Of a stretch of 64,000 nt of DNA, positions 16,220 through 24,963 are shown one piece after another. A program made the position numbers and the translations under genes. Source of the DNA: Terriglobia bacterium. GTDB lineage: Bacteria > Acidobacteriota > Terriglobia > Terriglobales > Acidobacteriaceae. The DNA lies in contig JAIQGF010000011.1 of NCBI GenBank assembly GCA_020072845.1, positions 350,173 through 414,172 on the forward strand, written 5' to 3'. Below the pieces are notes generated by a model. It made no database searches. It was not told the DNA's origin and saw nothing but the letters and a program-made list of their open reading frames with translations. How positions within the stretch are numbered: the first letter of the stretch is position 1; each line of letters starts with the position of its first letter.

Positions 16220-16349
16220 AAATAATTCCCAGCCGCTTGCCCACGCGACCGAGCACGGCCAGCGCCTTGTCCAGTTCCTCGCGCGTGTGCGTGGCGCTCA
16301 TGATGGTGCGGATGCGCGCCTGGCCTTCGGGCACCGTGGGGAAAGCGAT
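16215..16349 (-). pseudogene. duplicated 3'-terminal fragment of kbl (last 44 codons plus stop)
   Basis: 135 bp, 129/135 identical to 16420-16554. Translates to IAFPTVPEGQARIRTIMSATHTREELDKALAVLGRVGKRLGIIS*. Confidence 0.85.
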
Positions 16350-16424
16350 TGTTGGCACGGATTCACGCGGATCAGAAAATAAAGAAGTCCGATCCGTGTT
16401 TATCTGTGGCGATCTGTGGTTAAG
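16350..16424. repeat. AACCAC-decamer palindromic element, second copy (left arm truncated)
   Basis: TTGGCACGGATTCACGCGGATC...GATCCGTGTTTATCTGTGGCGATCTGTGGTTAAG. Part of the 205-bp tandem duplication. Confidence 0.85.
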
Positions 16425-17634
16425 AAATAATTCCCAGGCGCTTGCCCACGCGGCCGAGCACTGCCAGCGCCTTGTCCAGTTCCTCGCGCGTGTGAGTGGC
16501 GCTCATGATGGTGCGGATGCGCGCCTTGCCTTCGGGGACCGTGGGGAAAGCGATGCCGGTGGCCATCACGCCTTCCTTGAACAGCTCGCGCGAAAACTCC
16601 ATCGCCAGCCGTCCTTCGCCGGTGATGATGGGCGTGATGGGGGTTTCGCTTCTGGGCGTGTTGCGGCCGCCGATGTCGAAGCCGAGATTGCCGAGTTCCT
16701 TCTTGAAGTAGCGCGTGTTCTCCCACAGCTTCTCGATTCGTTCGGGCTCCTGCTCCAGGACCTCGAAGGCGGCAATGCAGGTGGCGGCAACCGATGGCGG
16801 ATGCGAGGTGGAGAACAGGAACGGCCGCCCGCGGTGATAGAGGAACTCGATCAGGTCGCGCGTGCCGCAGACGTAGCCGCCGAGCGCGCCGATGGCCTTG
16901 GACAGCGTGCCCACCTGGATGTCCACCCGGCCATGCATGCCGAAGTGATCGATCGTGCCACGACCATTCTTGCCCAGGACACCGGAAGCGTGCGCGTCGT
17001 CCACCATCATGATGGCGCCGTATTTCTCGGCAAGATCACAGAGCGCGGGCAGCGGCGCGATGTCGCCGTCCATGGAGAAGACACCGTCGGTAATCAGCAG
17101 CTTGCGCCCGGGCTGGTTGGCGACTGACTTCAGTTGCTCTTCCGCGTGCGCCACGTCCTTGTGGCGGAAGACCAGGATCTTGGCCTTCGAAAGCCGCGCG
17201 CCGTCAATGATGGAGGCGTGGTTGAGTTCGTCGGAGATGATGAAGTCGTCCTTGCCCAGCACCGCCGACACCGTGCCGGAATTCGCGGCGAAACCCGATT
17301 GAAAAACCACGCTGGCTTCCACGTTCTTGAAGCGCGCGATCTTCTCCTCCAGTGCCATGTGGATTTTCATGGTGCCGGCGATGGTGCGCACCGCGCCCGA
17401 TCCAACGCCGTACTGGCGCGTAGCCTCCAGCGCCGCCGCGCGCAGTTTGGGGTGCGTGGTCAGGCCGAGATAGTTGTTCGACGCGAGGTTGATGACGTGC
17501 TTGCCGTCGAAGGTGCACTCCGGGGCCTGCTCGTCCTCCAGCACCCGCAGGCGGAAGTAAGTGCCCTTGTTCTTGAGCTCGTTCAATTGGTCGGAAAGAT
17601 AGGAGAGCGGGTTGGTGCGGGCGGCCGGTGCCAT
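16420..17634 (-). CDS. kbl: glycine C-acetyltransferase (2-amino-3-ketobutyrate CoA ligase)
   Basis: PLP-dependent class II aminotransferase motifs (DDAHASG, GTLSKA). Lies downstream of tdh. ORF trimmed to the ATG at 17634. Confidence 0.95.
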   Translation of the reverse strand: MAPAARTNPLSYLSDQLNELKNKGTYFRLRVLEDEQAPECTFDGKHVINLASNNYLGLTTHPKLRAAALEATRQYGVGSGAVRTIAGTMKIHMALEEKIARFKNVEASVVFQSGFAANSGTVSAVLGKDDFIISDELNHASIIDGARLSKAKILVFRHKDVAHAEEQLKSVANQPGRKLLITDGVFSMDGDIAPLPALCDLAEKYGAIMMVDDAHASGVLGKNGRGTIDHFGMHGRVDIQVGTLSKAIGALGGYVCGTRDLIEFLYHRGRPFLFSTSHPPSVAATCIAAFEVLEQEPERIEKLWENTRYFKKELGNLGFDIGGRNTPRSETPITPIITGEGRLAMEFSRELFKEGVMATGIAFPTVPEGKARIRTIMSATHTREELDKALAVLGRVGKRLGIIS

Positions 17635-17652
17635 GAAACCCCCAAGAGAAGT

Positions 17653-17733
17653 AACCGTGGATCTACGCGGATCAACGCGAATCAAGAACGCGGGCGGGGG
17701 CGCCCGCGCCACATCAACGTGAGCACATCAACG
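17653..17733 (+). repeat. decamer-word arm plus GGG-loop hairpin/GCCACATCAAC module
   Basis: AACCGTGGATCTACGCGGATCAACGCGAATC followed by GCGGGCG-GGG-CGCCCGC GCCACATCAACGTGAGCACATCAACG. Lies between tdh and kbl. Confidence 0.7.
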
Positions 17734-18780
17734 CGTCCCATTCGGGTACAGCAGGATTTTGCTGGCCTCGCCGGTTTTCAGGCGCTCCATGCCCTGGTTG
17801 AAGTCCTTCATCGCCAGCTTGTCGGTGATCACCGGGTGCAGGTCAAGCTTGCCGGCCTTGAGCAGCGCGGTCATCTGGTACCAGGTCTGGTACATGCGCC
17901 GGCCGTTGATGCCCTGCACGGTGATGCCCTTGAAAATAATGTCTTCGGAAAAATTCAGCGCGATGGGTTTGGAGGTCAGGCCGAGGAGGGAGATGCGTCC
18001 GCCGCGGCGCACGATGTTGAAGGCGGTGCGGATGGCGTCGGGGTGCCCGGCCATTTCGCAGACCACGTCCACGCCGGTGCCGCCTGTCAGGTCCATGACG
18101 ATCTGGCGCACGTCCTGCGTGGCGGGATCGAGCACGTGGTCGGCCTTCATCTGCTGGGCGATCTTGCGGCGGTACTGGTTGACCTCGATGGCAAACACCT
18201 GGGTCGCGCCGCACGCGCGCGCCACGGCGATGGCGAACAGCCCGATCGGTCCCGTGCCGGTGATGGCGACGGTCTTGGCGGCGATCTCGCCCGCCAGCAC
18301 GGTGTGCACGGCGTTGCCGAGCGGGTCGAGGATGGAGGCGTACTCCTGCGGGATGGCGGGGTCGAGCTTCCAGATGTTCGACTCGGGAATGACCACGTAC
18401 TCGGCGAAGGCGCCGTTGCGGTCCACGCCGATGATGGAAACGTGCTGGCAGATGTGCGCTTCGCCGGTGCGGCATTGCAGGCACTTGCCGCAGGCGACGT
18501 GCATCTCGGCGGAAACGAAATCGCCTTCCTGGACGCTGGTGACCTCGTCGCCAATGGCGGAGACGGTGCCGCAAAATTCATGTCCGGGAATCAGCGGCGG
18601 GTGAATGCGGTGCTGCGCCCACGGGTCCCAGTTGTAAATGTGCAGGTCGGTACCGCAGACGCTGGCGACGCTGACCTTGACCAGGACATCGGTGCGGCCG
18701 AAGGCGGGGATTTTGACCTCGCGGATCTCGGCGCCCGGCTTGGGCTCGGGCTTCACAACCGCGAGCATGGTGTCCGACAT
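17728..18780 (-). CDS. tdh: L-threonine 3-dehydrogenase
   Basis: Zn-dependent MDR dehydrogenase (VASVCGTDLHIY, GHEFCG). Adjacent to kbl. Start at 18780 (GAGGA SD) or 18801. Confidence 0.9.
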   Translation of the reverse strand: MSDTMLAVVKPEPKPGAEIREVKIPAFGRTDVLVKVSVASVCGTDLHIYNWDPWAQHRIHPPLIPGHEFCGTVSAIGDEVTSVQEGDFVSAEMHVACGKCLQCRTGEAHICQHVSIIGVDRNGAFAEYVVIPESNIWKLDPAIPQEYASILDPLGNAVHTVLAGEIAAKTVAITGTGPIGLFAIAVARACGATQVFAIEVNQYRRKIAQQMKADHVLDPATQDVRQIVMDLTGGTGVDVVCEMAGHPDAIRTAFNIVRRGGRISLLGLTSKPIALNFSEDIIFKGITVQGINGRRMYQTWYQMTALLKAGKLDLHPVITDKLAMKDFNQGMERLKTGEASKILLYPNGTR

Positions 18781-18881
18781 GAAATCCTCGGCGCGCAGCA
18801 TGGCCGCACGCGGAAACTATGGGCAAACCCGTAATGTTAGCACGCGAACAGCGCAGACGTGATGCACCGACTTGGTTCTTC

Positions 18882-19202
18882 TTAGGACAGCACGCCGATG
18901 AAAAACATGACGGCTGTCGCAAGCGCGAGTGCCGCCGACAACCACCATGCCCGAGAGCCCCGAACTGCGGCGATGCCCCCCAACACGACAGGCGTAGCGA
19001 GCCAGACGAAGAACCAGGTAAGAGGAGAAAACAGTGGGAGTGCTTGGAGGAATTTATCCACCTTATCTGGCCAGACTCCAGTCAGCCATGAACCTGCGGT
19101 TAAAAGCAGGCTTGCTACTCCGAACGTTGTGGGCGATAGCACGTTCGGTTTTGTTGAGGTTTCCACCTTGCCGCCTCTGTAGTTCGGTGACAATACTGCC
19201 AC
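18882..19202 (-). CDS. hypothetical small membrane protein
   Basis: 106-aa ORF with 2-3 predicted hydrophobic helices in a locally lower-GC patch. No recognisable family. Confidence 0.4.
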   Translation of the reverse strand: MAVLSPNYRGGKVETSTKPNVLSPTTFGVASLLLTAGSWLTGVWPDKVDKFLQALPLFSPLTWFFVWLATPVVLGGIAAVRGSRAWWLSAALALATAVMFFIGVLS

Positions 19203-19314
19203 TAGTTCGTTGCCATTGAACGAGAATCTCTTTCACCTAATTCCATTACGGGAGTATTGGCATGCTTTTCGCAGCGCTCACGTCCGAGACGTCGCATCCG
19301 ACGCCGACCGCGCT

Positions 19315-19370
19315 CAACTGAAACCGAAACTGAAACTGAAACTCTCTGGAAACTGGAAACTAGAAACTAG
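19315..19370 (+). repeat. GAAACT hexamer array
   Basis: CAACTGAAACCGAAACTGAAACTGAAACTCTCTGGAAACTGGAAACTAGAAACTAG. The first 27 nt are identical to 22428-22454 and to the reverse complement of 28309-28336. Confidence 0.9.
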
Positions 19371-20404
19371 TCCGACTGGATCTGCACCAGATCGGGCGCC
19401 TCGGCGGGCGAGGGCGGAATGAGCTGCGTGGTCTGCGGGGAGCGGAAGAAGTCGAGGTAGGAAATCTGGTGCACGCACGACACGGTACAGTGCGGCGCGC
19501 AGCTTTTTTCGGTGAGGTATTCGCGGCGGACGTCGGCGAGGGTGTACTGCATCAGCGGCTTGGCCGGGTAGCCGCGCTGTTGCGAGCAGTAGTGCACCAG
19601 GCCGTCTTCGCAAATGTAGAGATAGCGCCCGCCGGCGCGGCAGCGCCAATTGTTTGGGCGGCCGTTGGCGATGTTGTCCTGGAAGCTGTTGATGCGCGAG
19701 TAGCTGCCCTTTTCCAGCTTCTTCATCTCGTGGTACACGGAGCGTTCGACGGGATCGAGCGGCTGGAGTTGTCCGTCGCCGTTGTGAATAATTCCGATGG
19801 TCGAGGTGAATCCCAATTGGCGCGCGCGCTGCCCGATTACCAGCGCGTCCTGCGGGCGGTGAATGCCGCCGCCGACCACGGAATTGATGTTGACGTGAAA
19901 CTCGGCGTACTCGGCCAGCAGTTGCAGCTTCTTGTCGAGCACCTTGAGGCTCTTTTTCGAGACCTCATCGGGATCGACGTTATCGATCGAGATCTGGAGG
20001 TGCTCCAGCCCGGCGCGGTTGAGGCGCCCGATGCGGTCGGCGGTCAACAGGTAGCCGTTGGTGATCAGGCCGGCGATCATGCCGTGCTGCCGAATGTGGC
20101 GGATGATGTCGTCCAGTTCGGGATGCAACAGCGGTTCGCCGCCGCTGATGGTGACAATGGTCGTGCCCAGCGAGGCCAGCTTGTCTAGGCGCTGGAAAAT
20201 GGTTTCCAGCGCCACCGGCTTGGAGACGGCGTCGTACTCGTTGCAATAGGAGCAGGAGAGATTGCAGCGGCGCATGGGGATGATGTGTGCCAGCACCGGA
20301 TGGCGCGTGGACAGCAGCGCCTTGGCGATCATCATCCACTCGCGGGAGCGGCGATGGATGGCGTTGAATCTGCGCCGGAATCGTACAGCGGGGGATGCCA
20401 TCAT
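19367..20404 (-). CDS. radical SAM protein, function unknown
   Basis: [11 protein letters not shown] (CxxxCxxC) cluster motif and a Cys-rich C-terminal region ([14 protein letters not shown]...CSQQ...CAPHCTVSC). Confidence 0.8.
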   Translation of the reverse strand: MMASPAVRFRRRFNAIHRRSREWMMIAKALLSTRHPVLAHIIPMRRCNLSCSYCNEYDAVSKPVALETIFQRLDKLASLGTTIVTISGGEPLLHPELDDIIRHIRQHGMIAGLITNGYLLTADRIGRLNRAGLEHLQISIDNVDPDEVSKKSLKVLDKKLQLLAEYAEFHVNINSVVGGGIHRPQDALVIGQRARQLGFTSTIGIIHNGDGQLQPLDPVERSVYHEMKKLEKGSYSRINSFQDNIANGRPNNWRCRAGGRYLYICEDGLVHYCSQQRGYPAKPLMQYTLADVRREYLTEKSCAPHCTVSCVHQISYLDFFRSPQTTQLIPPSPAEAPDLVQIQSD

Positions 20405-20649
20405 TCTCAAACCAGTTATTAAAGCACTGCGAAGCCGCCGGCCAGGGCAGGGAAACGCTCAGCGGCGGGAATCGATCATCGAATGGAGCATTTACAGGGC
20501 CTAAACGGCGTTGTAACAATGAGTTGTGAGCAGCGGATTGGATGCCGAAACGGCACCCAGGGATGCGCAAAACTGGGATTCCGGAAGCGGGTAATTGGGC
20601 AATCGCGCAAAGCAAAAACTGACTTTGTCCGATCACCCGATTTCACTTG

Positions 20650-21207
20650 TTACTTTTTCTCCGGCGCTGGCGCATGCTGCGCCGTCGGCGGGAGCATGCC
20701 GTTGAGGCGCAGGTAGGTTGCCGCCAGCCCATAATGGTCAGCCCAGTCGTTGGTCAGGCCGATCAGCGCGGCCGCCTTAGGCGCCTGGCGTCCTCCCCAC
20801 ATGGTCACCGGCTCGCCGAGTTGCGAGTCCTGCACGCCCTTCAGCGCCGTCTGGCAATAGTCGAACGAGTTCTTCAGCGCGGCGACCAGCTTGTCCTTCG
20901 GGTCCTTGTCGCTGATCTTGTCCGACGGTTCAGCCAGGTTGGCCAGCTTGGCACACAAGAAATTGTTCGACTTGGCAATATGCTCGAGCAGGGTGCCGAA
21001 CGTCATCTGCTGCTCGGTCGGCTTGTACGAGTATTTGTCCGCCGGCATCGCCTCGGCGGCGGCGGTCAGGTTTTTCGCCCGCCCGGCGAGCATGCTTCGA
21101 ACCGTATCGCTGACCGGATTCGCGCCAGCAGTGGAACCCGGTTTGGCCTGCTGCGCGACGGCCGTCGTGCACAGCAGCGCCAGCGCAACGAACAGAAGTT
21201 TTTTCAT
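20650..21207 (-). CDS. DinB-family protein with signal peptide
   Basis: MKKLLFVALALLCTTAVA signal peptide and a four-helix DinB-like pattern. GGGGGAG SD upstream of the ATG at 21207. Confidence 0.7.
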   Translation of the reverse strand: MKKLLFVALALLCTTAVAQQAKPGSTAGANPVSDTVRSMLAGRAKNLTAAAEAMPADKYSYKPTEQQMTFGTLLEHIAKSNNFLCAKLANLAEPSDKISDKDPKDKLVAALKNSFDYCQTALKGVQDSQLGEPVTMWGGRQAPKAAALIGLTNDWADHYGLAATYLRLNGMLPPTAQHAPAPEKK

Positions 21208-21301
21208 GGTTGTCTCCCCCACCTTGAAGTGGCGGTAAGGATACACGTTTCGGGCGGCGCAGCGCCAGCAGCGTGGCGAACTCGTCTGTTAGATTAGGAG
21301 G

Positions 21302-21401
21302 GTTGTCGGTTTACGGTTATCGGTCATCGGTACTGCCGAATCAATTGAATGTTCGGTGCGCATTCCGACAGTCCAGGAGCGAAAAACCGACAACCGAAAA
21401 C
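21302..21401. repeat. TCGGTTN heptamer-word inverted pair
   Basis: GTCGGTTTACGGTTATCGGTCATCGGTAC ... GAAAAACCGACAACCGAAAAC. Confidence 0.8.
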
Positions 21402-21410
21402 TTGCCTTTG

Positions 21411-22379
21411 ATGAAACTGAATTTCACCAAAATCATCTTCATTGCCGGACTGCTGTTTGCCCTGACCCCGTGGGCATCGCCGCCGCTTGCTCTCGCCGTC
21501 GGATTGGTGCTTGGGCTCATGTTCGGCAATCCATTCCGCGGGCAGTCGCGCTGGTTCACGAAATACCTGCTGCAGGCATCGGTAGTCGGGCTCGGCTTCG
21601 GCATGAACCTGCAGCAAATCCTGAAAGCCGGGCGTTCGGGGTTCATTTACACCGCGGTCGGCATCAGCTTCGCGATGCTGGTCGGGCTGACGTTGGGGCA
21701 CCTGCTGAAGGTGCCGCCCACCGCGGGGTTGCTGATCTCGGCAGGCACGGCGATTTGCGGCGGCAGCGCGATTGCCGCGGTCGGTCCGGTGGTCCAAGCC
21801 GATGAAGAAGAGATGGCGGTCGCCCTGGGCACGGTGTTCATCCTCAATTCGATTGCGCTGCTGATTTTTCCCGGCATAGGAGCGTCGCTGCACCTGACGC
21901 AATCGCAGTTCGGATTGTGGGCGGCGCTGGCCATTCACGACACCAGTTCGGTGGTCGGCGCGGGCGCAAAGTACGGCGCGATTGCGCTGGCCGTGGCCAC
22001 CACAGTCAAGCTGGCGCGCGCGCTGTGGATCGTGCCCATGACCCTAGGCGCGGCGGCGGTAAAGCGGCGCATCGACAACAACAACGGCAGCCGCGCCGCG
22101 TCGACTCCGACGCGCGTTCCGTGGCCATGGTTCATCCTGTTCTTCGTGCTGGCGGCGGTGGCGAACACGTTGGCGCCGGCGGGCGCGCCCGCGTTCCACG
22201 GGTTGGCACGGCTGGGAATTATCGGATTGACGGCGACCTTGTACCTGATCGGCAGCGGCGTCTCGCGCTCCACGCTGAGGCAGGTCGGGGCGCGCCCGCT
22301 GATCCAGGGCGTGCTGCTGTGGCTGATCGTGGCGGTGGCCTCGGCGGCGGCCATCCGCGCCGGCTGGATCGCGCTGTAA
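21411..22379 (+). CDS. YeiH/UPF0324-family putative sulfate exporter
   Basis: 322-aa polytopic membrane protein. The ORF from 21273 is trimmed to the ATG at 21411 (MKLNFTKIIFIAGLL). Confidence 0.8.
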   Translation: MKLNFTKIIFIAGLLFALTPWASPPLALAVGLVLGLMFGNPFRGQSRWFTKYLLQASVVGLGFGMNLQQILKAGRSGFIYTAVGISFAMLVGLTLGHLLKVPPTAGLLISAGTAICGGSAIAAVGPVVQADEEEMAVALGTVFILNSIALLIFPGIGASLHLTQSQFGLWAALAIHDTSSVVGAGAKYGAIALAVATTVKLARALWIVPMTLGAAAVKRRIDNNNGSRAASTPTRVPWPWFILFFVLAAVANTLAPAGAPAFHGLARLGIIGLTATLYLIGSGVSRSTLRQVGARPLIQGVLLWLIVAVASAAAIRAGWIAL

Positions 22380-22427
22380 TCATTGCCGGCGTGCGCGCCT
22401 CTGATACGATTTCTTCTCTCACCGGCC

Positions 22428-22454
22428 CAACTGAAACCGAAACTGAAACTGAAG
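22428..22454 (+). repeat. GAAACT hexamer array
   Basis: CAACTGAAACCGAAACTGAAACTGAAG, between the yeiH-like stop and the tauE-like start. Confidence 0.9.
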
Positions 22455-22463
22455 CGAGGCGCT

Positions 22464-22823
22464 ATGTGGATCGTCTGGGGTGTTCTGGCCGGGGTAGTGG
22501 TGGGCATTTTTTCCGGCCTGCTGGGTGTGGCCGGCGGCGTGGTGCTGGTGCCCATCCTCCTGTACTTCTTCAAGATGAACCAGAAGCTGGCGCAGGGAAC
22601 CTCGCTGGCGATCCTGCTGCCACCCACCGGCATCCTGGCATTCATTCAGTACTACCGTCACGGCGAGGCCGACCTGAAATTGGGCCTGGTGATCGCCGCC
22701 GGCGTGGTGCTGGGCGGGTACTTCGGCGGCGCCTGGGCGCAGCATATCCCTGGCCCGGTGCTGCGCAAGGCTTTTGCCGTGTTGCTGGTGGCGGTGGCGG
22801 TGAAGATGTTTCTCGAAAAGTAG
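22464..22823 (+). CDS. TauE/SafE-family sulfite exporter-like protein (short form)
   Basis: 119 aa with 4 TM segments. MWIVWGVLAGVVVGIFSGLLGVAGG motif. Confidence 0.7.
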   Translation: MWIVWGVLAGVVVGIFSGLLGVAGGVVLVPILLYFFKMNQKLAQGTSLAILLPPTGILAFIQYYRHGEADLKLGLVIAAGVVLGGYFGGAWAQHIPGPVLRKAFAVLLVAVAVKMFLEK

Positions 22824-22926
22824 TCGGTTTTCGGTTCTCGGTAATCGGGGCAGAGGCGATGGAAGTTTAGCTCGGCACTTCGGAATTCGGATGCGATCCA
22901 ACCGACAACCGATAACCGAAAACCGG
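22823..22926. repeat. TCGGTTN heptamer-word inverted pair
   Basis: GTCGGTTTTCGGTTCTCGGTAATCGGGG ... CCAACCGACAACCGATAACCGAAAACCGG. Abuts the stop codons of both flanking genes. Confidence 0.85.
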
Positions 22927-23826
22927 TCACCTGCTTTCCAGCACGTGTTCCAGAGCGCCGCGAATTTCCGGATAGCGAAATTGGAATCCACTGGCCAAGG
23001 CCGCCTGGGGCACGGCGCGATTGCTTGCCAGCAGCAATTCCTCTCCCATCTGACCGAAGGCGGCGCGCAGGGCAAACGCCGGTACGGGAAACGGCGTGGG
23101 GCGGTGCAGCACCGATCCCAGCGCGCGGGTGAATTCGGCGTTGGTGACCGGGTTGGGCGCCACGGCATTCACCGGGCCGCGCACCGATTCGTGGGTGAGC
23201 ACGTGCAGGAAGAGCGCGATCAGGTCATCGAGTGCGATCCAGGCCATCCACTGGCGTCCATCACCGAGGCGGCCGCCAACGCCCATGCGAAACGGCGGCA
23301 GCATGCGCGCCAGCGCTCCGCCCTTTCCGCTCAGGACCATGCCGGTCCGCATCATGACGGTGCGGATGCCGGCGTCGCTGGCGGTGCGCGTGGCGTTCTC
23401 CCACTGCCGGCCGACTTCGGCAAGGAAGGTCGATCCGGGCGGCTCCGCCTCGGTCACCACCTTGTCCGCGGTGTCGCCATAGATGCCGTTTGCCGAGGCG
23501 CTCACCAGCACGCGCGGGCGCGGATTGGCCCGCGCGATGGAGGCGGCGATGGTTTGCGTGCCCTGCACCCGGCTGTTCAGGATTCGCGCCTGGCGCTGCT
23601 CGTTCCACCGACCGGAGGCGACGCTTTCGCCGGCCAAATGCACTACCGCATCGGCGCCGCTGAATTTTGCGCCGTCGATGGCGCCGGCGGGGTCCCACTG
23701 GATTTCAGCGGCGCCCTGACGCGGCGCGCGCCGCACCAGCGCAACGGGTTGGTGTCCCGCGTCGCGCAAAGCGGGGAGCAGGGCGGAGCCGATGAATCCC
23801 GAAGCGCCGGTGACCAGAACTCTCAT
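22927..23826 (-). CDS. TIGR01777/YfcH-like NAD-dependent epimerase family protein
   Basis: MRVLVTGASGFIGSAL Rossmann start and a DUF1731-like C-terminus. ORF trimmed to the ATG at 23826. Confidence 0.85.
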   Translation of the reverse strand: MRVLVTGASGFIGSALLPALRDAGHQPVALVRRAPRQGAAEIQWDPAGAIDGAKFSGADAVVHLAGESVASGRWNEQRQARILNSRVQGTQTIAASIARANPRPRVLVSASANGIYGDTADKVVTEAEPPGSTFLAEVGRQWENATRTASDAGIRTVMMRTGMVLSGKGGALARMLPPFRMGVGGRLGDGRQWMAWIALDDLIALFLHVLTHESVRGPVNAVAPNPVTNAEFTRALGSVLHRPTPFPVPAFALRAAFGQMGEELLLASNRAVPQAALASGFQFRYPEIRGALEHVLESR

Positions 23827-23863
23827 GCCTACGATGGTAGCTGAACCAAGCGCGGCTTCAAGC

Positions 23864-23927
23864 GGGTCTTTCGGTCTATCGGTCGTCGCCGGTCCGAAAG
23901 ACCGATCGACCGATAGACTGACAGACC
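23864..23927. repeat. CGGTCNN-word palindromic repeat
   Basis: GGGTCTTTCGGTCTATCGGTCG TCGCC GGTCCGAAAGACCGATCGACCGATAGAC. Confidence 0.75.
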
Positions 23928-23929
23928 AA

Positions 23930-23958
23930 CAAAAATGCCCGGCCTCTCCGGCCGGGCA
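23930..23958 (-). terminator. rho-independent terminator after 23976-24893
   Basis: Minus strand: TGCCCGGCC GGAGA GGCCGGGCA TTTTTG. Confidence 0.75.
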
Positions 23959-23975
23959 CAGTGACGCCAGCAAAT

Positions 23976-24893
23976 TTATTTCTTTTCCGTCTTGGCCGGC
24001 TCTTTCTTGGCCGCAGGTTTGGCTGCCGGGGCCTTCGCCATCTCGGCCTTCGGCTTCCAGTAGCTCGGATTGGCGGCTATGACCTTCTCCGAGACGAAAC
24101 TCATCCCCGGGCTGAAGGCCAGGAAATCACGTACGAAAAACTGCTCGTCTTCGCGCGCGAACTCGGTAAACATCTTCCTGCCCGCGTCCCCGATCGCCTC
24201 GTAGTACGCGGAGCCTTTGCCGTGGGTCTTCGGGAAATCGTCAAATTCCTTCAGTGACTTCATCGGCTCGAAGACCAACACGATGCCGGCGGGAGCGCCC
24301 AGGCCGACGTTGTACACCAGCATGTGCTCGTCGATCTTGGCTTTCTCATGCGCGGCGTTGACCGCTTTGCGCATCTCGGCAAATTTTTCGCCGTGGCCGA
24401 GCTTGATGCGGTAGGTGTCCACCATGAAGTACTTGTATTCGCCGAGGTTGAAGTTCGGCCGGTAGCTGAGTTCGGGGTTGTAGAACAAGTAGGTTGAACG
24501 GACGCCGGTCAGCAGGTCGCCATCGGCGATATTGGCGCGATCGAGTTCGGCTTGCACCGCCTTGTTGGCCTCGAAGGCCAGGTTCGCCTTTTCCACGTCC
24601 TCCATGGACGAGTACGCGCCGAGGAACCACGCCTCAGACGGCCCCGTCATGGTGGTGGTGCCGAGGTAGTAATACTTGAGATTGGCCTTCTTGTAGGCCG
24701 CCAGGAAGGCGGCCTCAGTCTTGGCGTGCAGCGGACCCTTCCCCGGCTTTACCTCCTCGCGGAAGATTTGAATGACCGGCGGCGGTCCGGCGCTGGCGGA
24801 TTCGGCATAGTTCTGCGCTGCCGCGGTGGGTACGGTGACCGTGGCTGACACGACCAGCGCCAGCACGGCAAGGGCGAACAGTATTTTCCTCAT
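23976..24893 (-). CDS. hypothetical secreted protein, Lys-rich C-terminal tail (paralog A)
   Basis: Signal peptide MRKILFALAVLALVV. Shares PELSYRPNFNLGEYKYF with the neighbouring gene. Tail is KPAAKKEPAKTEKK. Confidence 0.7.
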   Translation of the reverse strand: MRKILFALAVLALVVSATVTVPTAAAQNYAESASAGPPPVIQIFREEVKPGKGPLHAKTEAAFLAAYKKANLKYYYLGTTTMTGPSEAWFLGAYSSMEDVEKANLAFEANKAVQAELDRANIADGDLLTGVRSTYLFYNPELSYRPNFNLGEYKYFMVDTYRIKLGHGEKFAEMRKAVNAAHEKAKIDEHMLVYNVGLGAPAGIVLVFEPMKSLKEFDDFPKTHGKGSAYYEAIGDAGRKMFTEFAREDEQFFVRDFLAFSPGMSFVSEKVIAANPSYWKPKAEMAKAPAAKPAAKKEPAKTEKK

Positions 24894-24963
24894 CTATTCT
24901 CCTCCTCAGTTCTGGTGTCTGCTCAAAGCGACGCAGCACACGGCAGTGTCGCGCAACAGATCA

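Noticed and set aside
16237-17127. 296-aa plus-strand ORF spanning the kbl duplication
   Set aside because: It is antisense to kbl and to the duplicated kbl fragment. It is explained by the duplication plus GC-rich shadow coding.
20405-20649. Riboswitch or precursor-peptide gene upstream of the radical SAM gene
   Set aside because: I could not recognise any known riboswitch core or a plausible small ORF with an SD. The only candidate is a 10-codon ORF with no features. The region is left as unexplained spacer.
22383-22463. N-terminal extension of the TauE-like ORF starting at 22383
   Set aside because: The extension is translated from the GAAACT array (AQLKPKLKLKRGA). The hydrophobic TauE-type N-terminus starts at the ATG at 22464, which is preceded by a GAGG.
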